Part shown: piece after piece, positions 55,396 to 64,000 of the stretch
How the letters are laid out: the number at the start of each line of letters is the position of its first letter
How positions within the stretch are numbered: the first letter of the stretch is position 1
From: an uncultured Verrucomicrobiae bacterium
GTDB taxonomy: Bacteria > Verrucomicrobiota > Verrucomicrobiia > Chthoniobacterales > Chthoniobacteraceae
Reading direction: 5' to 3'
NCBI GenBank assembly: GCA_963769025.1
Contig: CAVYKI010000003.1
Span: forward strand, 1,152,001 to 1,216,000
Length of the DNA stretch: 64,000 nt
Notes under the pieces: model-generated
Told to the model about the DNA's origin: nothing
The model's input: only the letters and a program-made list of their open reading frames with translations
Database searches by the model: none
Program-made: the position numbers and the translations under genes

Positions 55396-56518
55396 GCCGG
55401 CACGACATCCACTACTGGAAATGCGATCGCCCTGCCGCGTTTCACGGCACGCATGAGCGCGGTGCGGCGGATGCGGAAATCGAGCGGCAGCTTCGCGAGA
55501 CATTGCAGAATCATTTCGCCGCGAAGCACGTCGAGCTGAGCCCCGGCGCGGGTCAGGGAAATCATCTCACCTGGAATGCCGATATGGACGGCGTGGCGAT
55601 GTTCGTGCGCGTGGAGAATGGGCCGGAGCAGGATGATCATCTGGAAATGGAATCGGCTGTGCTCGATCGGGTCCGCGCCACCGGCGTGCCGACGCCGAAG
55701 TTTCATGGCGGTGGATGCGAGCCGGACAAAGGTGTCCTTCGCGTGGCAGGCGATGGAGCGCGTGAATTTCCCAGATCTGAATCACTGGCACAAGCAGGGC
55801 ACACTCGATCAGCCGCGCATCGCCTTCGACATCGGTGCAGCCGTGGCGCGCTGGCAGTCCATCGAGCCGCTCGGATTCGGGCCGTTCGACCTCGCGCGCT
55901 GGCGTAGGGCGGACACTCCTGTCCGCCACACCGGCCGGCCGACGGAGTGTCTGCCCGCTCACGGGCTACCACGCACGCTACGAAGACTACTTTCATCTCC
56001 GCCTCGCGCGGCATCTCGGTTTTCTCGTCGAGAGGAACTTCCTGAGCGCCGAACAGCGCACCGAGATCGAGCAAGCCATCGCCGCGCATCGCGCGCTGCT
56101 TCAGCTCGAGCAAGGCTGCCTCGTCCACAAGGATCTCGCTCTTTGGAACATCCTCGGCAGCGAGAACCGCATCGCCGCGTTCATTGATTTCGACGACGCG
56201 ATCTCCGGCGACGCGATGGACGATCTCTCGCTGCTCGCCTGTTTCCACGACGCGCCATTTCTCACGCGCGCCTTCGAGGGCTATCAAAGCGTCCGTCCGC
56301 TCCCCGACGAGCATCGCCGCCGCTTCTGGCTGCATCTGCTGCGCAACATGATCGTGAAGGCCGTCATCCGCGTTGGCGCGGGATACTTCGATCGCGGCGA
56401 CGGCTTCTTCCTCATCGGCTCCGGCAGCAGCGGCGCGGACTTGAAACGCACCACGCACGCGCGAATCGCGCTCGCACTCCGCGGCCTCGCAGCCAACGCT
56501 GACCTCTCCATCCTATGA
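55392..56518 (+). CDS. Aminoglycoside phosphotransferase (APH)-like kinase (frameshifted)
   Basis: GQGNH loop, GVPTP, catalytic LVHKDLALWNIL, IDFDD. ATGA overlaps with both neighbours. Confidence 0.8.
55904..55958. repeat. GTAG REP-like doublet inside the kinase gene
   Basis: GTAGGGCGGACACTCCTGTCCGCC (hairpin GGCGGACA/TGTCCGCC) followed by a degenerate inverted arm GACGGAGTGTCTGCCC. Confidence 0.7.
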
Positions 56519-57240
56519 ACGCCACACCAGCAAGCCTCGGCACCTGGCTCTCCATCGGTTCGCCCGTCGTCGCGGAACTCGCGGCGCTGTCCGGCTTCGA
56601 CTGGGTGCTGTTCGATCTGGAGCACGGCAACGAATCGGAAGCCGCGCTGCCGAATCAGCTCCGCGCGCTTCGCGGCAGCCGCACGCGCGGCATCGTCCGG
56701 GTCGGCGCACCGCACGCGGATCTCATCGCGCGGGTGCTCGATTGGGGCGCGCACGGCATCATGGTGCCGCATGTGAATTCCGCTGCCGAGGCCGCGCGCG
56801 TCGTGCAGTCCGCGCACTACGCGCCGCGCGGCCAGCGCGGGCTTTCGCGCAGCGTCCGCGCGTATGACTACGGGCTGAATCCGCCGGGCGACGCGATGCC
56901 CGTGCCGCTCATCATGGCGCAGATCGAAACCGCCGAGGCCGTGACACGCGCCGCGGAGATCGCGCGCGTGGATGGCATCGATGTGCTGTTCGTCGGTCCG
57001 TCCGACTTGCAGTTCGATCTGAAACACCACGCCGAGTCTCCGGCGGGAGACTTCGCGCAATGCCTGCGCACCGTCGTCGCCGCTGCGAAGGACGCCGGGA
57101 AAGCCGCCGGCATTCTCGTGCGCGACGTGGCGGATCTTCAGCCGCACCACGATCTCGGTTTCACCCACATCGCGGTGGATGTGGACATCGCCATTCTGCG
57201 CAAAGCCTACGCGCAAATCCTTTCCAAACTCCCTCGGTAA
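56515..57240 (+). CDS. HpcH/HpaI-family pyruvate aldolase
   Basis: GFDWVLFDLEHG, LDWGAHGIMVP, AQIET, LFVGPSDL. Confidence 0.9.
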   Translation: MNATPASLGTWLSIGSPVVAELAALSGFDWVLFDLEHGNESEAALPNQLRALRGSRTRGIVRVGAPHADLIARVLDWGAHGIMVPHVNSAAEAARVVQSAHYAPRGQRGLSRSVRAYDYGLNPPGDAMPVPLIMAQIETAEAVTRAAEIARVDGIDVLFVGPSDLQFDLKHHAESPAGDFAQCLRTVVAAAKDAGKAAGILVRDVADLQPHHDLGFTHIAVDVDIAILRKAYAQILSKLPR

Positions 57241-57243
57241 ATC

Positions 57244-59583
57244 ATGAAACACGCACTCCTCATCCTCACCCTCATCGGCCTTCACGCCGTCGCCCAGGAC
57301 AAGGCCATGCTCGACCTCTCGCTCGAGCCGCCGGTCATCAACACCAAGCCCGGCCCCGAGTACGACGACCAGGTCCGCCCCGGCAACATGATCATCGGCA
57401 TCGACCGCACGCCGAAGGGCCGGCTGTGGGCCGCTGGGTCGGCAATGGCGACTAGCCCGAATGGCTTCTTCATGCTCGCGACCAGCGATGACGACGGCAA
57501 GACGTGGTCGAAGCCGCGCGTCGTGATCGATCCCCAGGATGGGGAACTCAACGGCGTGCGCTACGAGCGTCGCGCGCTCGTCGGCAATCTCTGGACCGAT
57601 CCGCTCGGCCGGCTGTGGTGCTTCTTCGATCAGAGCCTCGGCTACTTCGATGGCCGCTGCGGCGACTGGTACATCCGCTGCGACGATCCCGATGCCGCCG
57701 AGCCGATGTGGACGAAGCCCGTGCGCTTCGCCGACGGCTGCACGCTGAACAAGCCGACCGTGCTCAGCAATGGCGACTGGCTGCTGCCGGTCTCGCTCTG
57801 GACGCGCGACCGCATCGCCGGCCCCGGCACGGACAAGGAGGCGCACCAGGATCTCGACGCGATCCGCATGGCGAATGTCTTCGCCTCCACCGATCAGGGC
57901 AAGACGTGGACGCGCCGCGGCGGCGTGGCGTTTCCCGAGACGGACTTCGACGAGCACATGATCGTCGAGCGCAAGGACGGCAGCCTGTGGATGCTCGCGC
58001 GCACGAAGGACGGCATCAGCGAAAGCACCTCGACCGACAAGGGCGCGACGTGGAGCGAGCCGCAGCCGTCGGCGATCCAGAATCCGAGCGCGCGCTTCTT
58101 CATCCGCCGTCTCGCCATCGGCAAACTGCTGCTCGTGAAGAATGGCCCGATCAATGTGCGCCTGCCGCGCCGCTCGAACCTGAAGGCCTTCCTCTCCGAC
58201 GACGACGGCAAGACCTGGGGCAAGGGCTTGCTCATCGATGATCGCGCGGAGGTCTCTTATCCCGACGGCTTCCAGGCGCCCGACGGCACCATCCACATCC
58301 TCTATGACTGGAACCGCCACACCGACGCGGAGATCCTGCACGTGAAATTCACCGAGGAGGACATGCTCAAGCAGGCGGAGTCGGAAAGCTCACGATGGAC
58401 CCGAGGAGATCAAACGCCGGGCGAAGGTCGGGAAGATGCTCGTGAACAAGGCCTACGCGCCGCATCTGCCGAAATCCATCACGCCCGATCCGAAGTGGAC
58501 CGCGCAGGCCGCCGAGGACGCGAAGCAGGATTTCAAGAGCATCCCCTACGACGGCGTGACGCCGAACAAGATGGTCTGCGACACCACGCTGCGCGAACTG
58601 CCCGACGGCTCGTGGATTCTCTTCATCCTCGCCGGCGGCGACACCGAGCCTTCGCCGCTGAACTACACCGGCGTCACGCGCAGCACCGACAAGGGCAAGA
58701 CGTGGACGCCGCTGGAGCGCTTCGATGTCGGCTTCCCGCGCGAAGGCAAGACGATCGGCCAGGGTCCGACGGAACTGATGATCCTCGGCCAGCGCAGCAC
58801 GCTCTTCTTCTCCACGCACTCGAAGCACTGGGCGAACGACTGGCGCTCGTGGTTTCTGACCAGCGACGATTCCTTCAAGACCTGGAGCAAGCCGCAGGAA
58901 GTGCCGGGCCGGCTGAAGGAGCGCACCTTCATCCGCAAGCACATCGTCACGCAAGGACGGCCGCATCATGATTCCGTTCCAGCATTACATCGGCCCCGAC
59001 GATGAGCAGGACAAGGCGCCGCTCGACCGCGCCTTCACCAATCCGCGCAACGGCGTGCTCATCAGCAGCGACGGCGGCAAGACGTGGAGCGAGCACGGCA
59101 ACATCCGCCTCACGCCGAACAGCCGCTACTTCGGCTGGGCGGAGAACGATCTCTTCGAGCATCCCGACGGCCGCATCACGATGATCATCCGCGCCGACGG
59201 CCTCGGCGGCATGCTCTACAAAGCCGGAGTCGAAGGACGGCGGCAAGACGTGGCCCGAGTTCGCCAGCCTCACGCCGATCCCGAATCCCGGCAGCAAGAC
59301 CACGCTCTACACTCTCGGCGGCGACACCGTCGCGATCCTGCACAATCCGAACAGCAAGCACCGCAGCCCGATGGCGCTGTGGATCAGCTTCGACGGCATG
59401 AAGACCTGGCCCTACCAGCGCGTGCTCCAGCAGGAGTCCGTCGATGGCCCGAAGGGCCGCATGAACTACCCCGACGGCTTCGTGAGCAAGGACAAGCAGT
59501 GGCTGCACTTCGCCTTCGACGACAACCGCCACCGCGCCGTGCACTACTCCGCGAAGCTGCCTCCCATTCCTCCGCAAAAGTAG
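57244..59583 (+). CDS. Exported double BNR/sialidase-like protein (frameshifted)
   Basis: Signal peptide; Asp-boxes [32 protein letters not shown] in the first half and [32 protein letters not shown] in the second. Each half ends in a YPD motif. Confidence 0.8.
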
Positions 59584-59756
59584 CGCACCGCGCTGCGAAT
59601 CCCTCCCAGCTGCCCAACGTCGCTCCGCAAGCGAACGCCACGCGAAGCCCTTCTTCCGATCCCGATGCGCGCGACATTTCTTGCTCATTGATTCCAAGCT
59701 GCGGGGTTCCCTGTTCGTCCACGTTGGCCGCAACAGGTTCGCCCTTTCCCATGATC

Positions 59757-62718
59757 ATGAAACACCTCCTGCTCCTCCCATGCATCCTCGCCGGCTTCGG
59801 TGCGCCTTCCTCGGCAGCCGAGTCATTCATCGTCCAGGACGGACGGCCCCGCGCTGAGATCGTGATCGCGGAGAAACCGCAGCGCACGGTGCGGGTCGCG
59901 GCGCAGGACTTGCAGACCTACGTGGAGAAAATCTCGGGTGCAAAACTGCCGATCGTCACGCAGCCGGGCGGCACGATGCCGGTGAAGTTGTACGTCGGGC
60001 GCAGCGCGGACACCGACCGGCTGAAGGTCACTGCCGATGGACTGAAGGACGGCGCGTATCGCATCGCGACGGGCGCGGACTGGATGGTGCTGATCGGCGA
60101 CGACACTGAGTTCACACCCATCGAGCCTTTTGCGAAGAACAACGGCGACATCCCGCGGGCGCAGGCGGAGTGGGAAAAGCTCACGAATTCGCATTGGGGC
60201 ATGCCGGGCCCGGGCTTGTACAAGAACCGGCTCAGGCTGCCCGGCGACACCGGCAAGCCGGACGGCGCCACCACCGCGAAAGGCGAATCGCTCGAAATCT
60301 GGGGACTCGATGAGCGCGGCAGCTTCAACGCGGTGTCCGGCTTCCTGCACAGGCTCGGCGCGCGCTGGTATCTGCCGGGTGAAATCGGCGAGGTGCTGCC
60401 GTCGTTGAAGACGATCCCGCTGCCGAAGCTCGACGAGACGGTGCGCCCGGACTTCGCGCTGCGGCAGTTTAATTTCCGCTTCAGCACCGCCGGTCCCGAG
60501 ACGGCGATGTGGGTGATGCGCCTCGGCACGCGCAACGACGAGAGATTGCAGATCGCGCACGGCATGGCGGGGATGACGGGCAACGATGCGATCTTCGCCG
60601 CGCATCCGGAGTGGTTCGCGCTCTACGGCGGCAAGCGCGACTACAAGCCCGGCTACAGCAAGAACCAGCTCTGCTATTCGAATGAGGAACTCTTCCGCGA
60701 GACGGTGCGCTGCGCGCGCGCGCAGTTCGACATCTACAAGTTTGAAAGCGTCTCCATCATGCCGCCGGACGGCTACACCGCGATCTGCCAGTGCGAGAAA
60801 TGCAAGGGCAAGGACTCGCCCGAGCGCAACGAGCGCGGGCTGCTCTCCGACTATGTGTGGGACTTCGTCAATCGCGTGGCGAAGGAGGTCGCGAAGACGC
60901 ATCCGCACGCGAAGGTGCTGAACTGCGCGTATGGCGTCTACACGCTGCCGCCGCTGAAGATCGAAAAGCTGGAGCCGAACGTGCTCGTCTGCATCGTCGG
61001 CGGACGGCGTCCCATCAACAAAGGTGGCGGCAAGGGCGAAGGCGAATCCGCCCCCGAAGCTCTCCGCGCCGCGTGGGCGAAGAAGACCGACAATCCGCTC
61101 CTCATCTTCGAGAACTATCCGTTCACCGATCGCGGCTGGTATCTGCCGTCCTTCGCGCCGCACGCGCTCGGCGAGACAGTGAACGCCACCAAGGGCATGT
61201 CGCAGGGCGAGGACATCTGGCTGAGCGTGGGCAGCGACTTTGAAAAGGCCGGCATCGGCTTCAATCACTTCCTGGTCTATTTCACCGCGCGCATGTACTG
61301 GGGCGGGAAGAACGCGGATGTGGATGCGATGTTCCGCGAGTACTGCCGGCTCTTCTACGGTCCCGCCGAGCGAGGAGATGCGCGCCTTCTTCACCTACTG
61401 CGAGCAGAACTGGAGGCGATGGAGACGGACAAGGCGAAGGCCGATGCCGCGCTCGCGCTCTTTGCCAAGGCGCAGTCCAAAGACCGATGCCGCGAGCATC
61501 TACGGCAGGCGGCTCGGCTTGATGGACGACTTCCTGAAAGGCCTGCGCATGAAGACGCAGCAGCTCGGGCAAAAGCGCGGCCCGGTGCCATTCGTGCGCC
61601 TCGTCGGCGACGCAAAGGACATCGTGATCGACGGCAAACTCGACGACGACTATTGGCAGAAGTGCCCCACCGCCGCGACGGGCCGCCTGCGCGAATTGCA
61701 AACCGGCCGCCAGCCGATCTTCGGCACCTCGTTCAAAGCCGGCTGGCAGGGAAACAGCGTCTTCTTCGCCATTCGCTGCGACGAACGCCCCGGCGAAAAG
61801 CCCGTCAACACCGCCACGCGAAATGACGACCAGGCGCTGTGGTATGGCGACGCCGTCGAGATCGAGATCGCGACGGAGACGCACTCGTATTACCAGATCG
61901 CGATCAGCCCCTCGGGCGCAGTCGTCGATCTGGATCGCGGCGCGCCGAAGGGCCAGTGGTTCGCCTGGGATTCGAAGGCGGAGGTCGCCACGCACATCGC
62001 CGACGATCACTGGACGATCGAGATCCGCATCCCGGTCACGCAGGATGAAAACGATCCGCTGCATCAGGTCATCGGCCGCAAGCCCACGCAGAGCCTGCCC
62101 TGGCACATCAACATCTGCCGCCAGCGCATCCGCGAAGACGGCACGGAACTCAGCGCGCTCTCGCCCACCGGCACCGAAGGCTTCCACGAGCCGATGAAGT
62201 TCGCGCATTTCTACGACGGCAGATCGCATCAGTTCGAGGCCGATCCGAGCGTCACGGATTTTGTCATCGCCCTGCGCGAAGCCGGCAAGCTGCGCAAGCC
62301 CGCCGAAGCGCTCCCCGCCTACCTCGCGCTGGCCGAAGGCAAGCTCACCGACTTCCAAAAATCAGCCGCTCTCGAACAGGCCGCCGCCGCCGCCTCCGCG
62401 TTGAAGGACTACGCGCAAGCGGACGCGCTCGCCGCGCGCATCCCGATCGCGGCGGTGCAAAAAACCGTGCGGATGCAGAACCTCCTCGCGCAGTCGAAGG
62501 CTCCGGAAGTCGTCGCGCAGTTTGCCGGGGAGGACATCGCCAAATGGCCTTTCTGGAAGCGCGGCGATGGCTATTTTGCGAGAGGTCGCGCGTTTGGCAT
62601 CACGAAGGACACCCAGCAGGCCGAAGCCGATCTCGCCCACGCCCTCGAATGGCTCACCGATGCGCGCACGCGCAAGGCCGCGGAGCAGAGCATCGAGTCC
62701 CTCAAATCGCCGAAATGA
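59757..62718 (+). CDS. DUF4838-domain protein with C-terminal CBM9-like sugar-binding domain (frameshifted)
   Basis: Signal peptide, AAQDLQTYVEKISGAKLP, LGARWYLPG, HPEWFAL, LCYSN, CQCEKC, then IDGKLDDDYW and GDAVEIEI. Confidence 0.75.
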
Positions 62719-62804
62719 CGACGGAGCGCTTCATCTTTCCGCCGCCCCGTTAGAAAGTTGCCGGGCAACTCCTCCCCGCTGAATCAATCCTCCAACCAGA
62801 ACCC

Positions 62805-62993
62805 ATGATGATGAAACCCACCGCGCCATTCTCCGTCGCCACCCTCGTCCTGTGCTTGCCAGCGCTGCTTGCGTCCCCGCTCCTTGCGGCGGGAGACGAT
62901 GGCAAGCTGCGCATCATCGTCTTCGGCGCGCATCCCGATGATGCGCAATACAAGGCCGGCGGCACCGCGGCAAATTGGACGAAGCTCGCCTGA
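62805..62993 (+). pseudogene. Truncated PIG-L/LmbE deacetylase remnant
   Basis: Signal peptide then KLRIIVFGAHPDDAQYKAGG; stops after 62 aa, and the next gene starts 48 nt later. Confidence 0.7.
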
Positions 62994-63040
62994 TCCACCG
63001 GTCAGTCCCCGAGCGCACCCTGCCTCCCTCCCACTATACC

Positions 63041-64000
63041 GTGAAACTCATCCTCGCCCTCTGCCTCCTCGCCATGCACGCCTTCGCCTCAGACCTCGTG
63101 CTGCTCAGCGATGGAAAGTCGGACTACCAGATCGTCATGCCGGACAAGCTGCCGAACGCGGCGCTGACGGAGTGCGTGAATCAAACGGCGCGGCTCCTGC
63201 AGACCGCTTTCAAGGCGAACGGGGCCGACGTGGATGTCGTTTCCGAAGGCAAGCGCGACCGTGCGAAGCCGGCGCTGTTTCTCGGGAACACGCGGTTCGC
63301 GCAGGCGAGCGGCATCGAGGTGACGAAGCTGCGCGACTGGAGCTACGTGCATCGGGTGGTCGGGAGCGATGTGATCATCGCCGGGAACGACCAGCCGGCA
63401 AGGGGCGAGACGCAGGACAAGCGGCGGCCGAACTGGGATCGCGTGGGCACGGCGAAGGCTGTGGTGGACTTTGTGCGGCAGTTCATGGGCGTGCGTTTCC
63501 TGTATCCCGATCTGCCGGGCTACACGCCGGTGAGCGGCGCGGCGAAGATTGATTTGCTGGCCTCGCCGGCGATCGAGTTTCTGCCGATGAAGACGATGGC
63601 TGTCCCGGCGGACCTGAGGGTGGAGAAGACGCCGCTGCTCCGGGTCAACACGGCGCATCCGGCAGGCGGTGGGTTTTACGATCTCGCGCACAATCGCTTT
63701 CCGCGCGTGGATGAGATGTTCGGCGGGCACACGTGGGAGCGTGCGGTGCCGGTGGAGAAATATGGCGCGACGCACCCGGAGTACTTTGCACTCGTCAGCG
63801 GCTCGCGGGTGAAGCCCGAGGGCGGCAGGGCGCAGTATTGCCTGTCGAATCCCGACGTGCAGGAGCTGATCTATCGCGATCTCGCGTCGTGGCTCGACCG
63901 CGGCTATGCATCGGTCGATCTCGGCCAGCCGGACGGCTTTCGCGAGTGCCAGTGCGACAACTGCGCGAAGCTCTACGGCACGGGCAAGGACTGGAGTGAG
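63041..64000 (+). CDS. Second DUF4838-like protein (runs off the window)
   Basis: GTG start MKLILALCLLAMHAFA, DGKSDYQIV, FMGVRFLYP, HPEYFAL, YCLSNPDV, CQCDNC. Open to the window end. Confidence 0.75.
   Translation, partial: MKLILALCLLAMHAFASDLVLLSDGKSDYQIVMPDKLPNAALTECVNQTARLLQTAFKANGADVDVVSEGKRDRAKPALFLGNTRFAQASGIEVTKLRDWSYVHRVVGSDVIIAGNDQPARGETQDKRRPNWDRVGTAKAVVDFVRQFMGVRFLYPDLPGYTPVSGAAKIDLLASPAIEFLPMKTMAVPADLRVEKTPLLRVNTAHPAGGGFYDLAHNRFPRVDEMFGGHTWERAVPVEKYGATHPEYFALVSGSRVKPEGGRAQYCLSNPDVQELIYRDLASWLDRGYASVDLGQPDGFRECQCDNCAKLYGTGKDWSE

Noticed and set aside
55392..56518. APH-like kinase as an antibiotic resistance gene
   Set aside because: Only fold-level motifs are seen, and the context is a catabolic operon with no mobile element.
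56284..58341. Long antisense ORFs (685 aa here; also 10812-11924, 28101-29432, 43794-45353, 59823-61394)
   Set aside because: These are shadow frames of well-supported opposite-strand genes, expected with high-GC codon bias.

Overview
A GC-rich bacterial chromosome segment, most likely from Verrucomicrobia (Chthoniobacter-like). This is inferred from PVC-type heme/dehydrogenase proteins, DUF1501, DUF1549/DUF1553, DUF1080, DUF4838 and PEP-CTERM genes. The sequence has many apparent indel errors, worst at about 2.1-3.6 kb and 17.3-22.4 kb, so many genes are split across ORF-track frames and their ends are approximate. Housekeeping genes include rpoD, dnaG, cysE, iscS, mnmG, cdd, two tmk-like kinases, pdhA, pdhB, cinA, an M42 peptidase and pyk. 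There are three large PVC-type heme-binding dehydrogenase genes, and a carbohydrate locus at 53-64 kb (BNR/sialidase-like proteins, BASS transporter, APH-like kinase, HpcH aldolase, two DUF4838 proteins). The most notable observations are: (1) REP-like palindromes inserted inside coding sequences, one clearly in frame, and others supplying stop codons; (2) two parS-like sites in or overlapping mnmG and cdd, suggesting an origin-proximal region; (3) a candidate keto-sugar-acid catabolic operon; (4) a tandem Tmk-like pair, one with an altered P-loop. I saw no rRNA, tRNA, CRISPR array, transposase or prophage.
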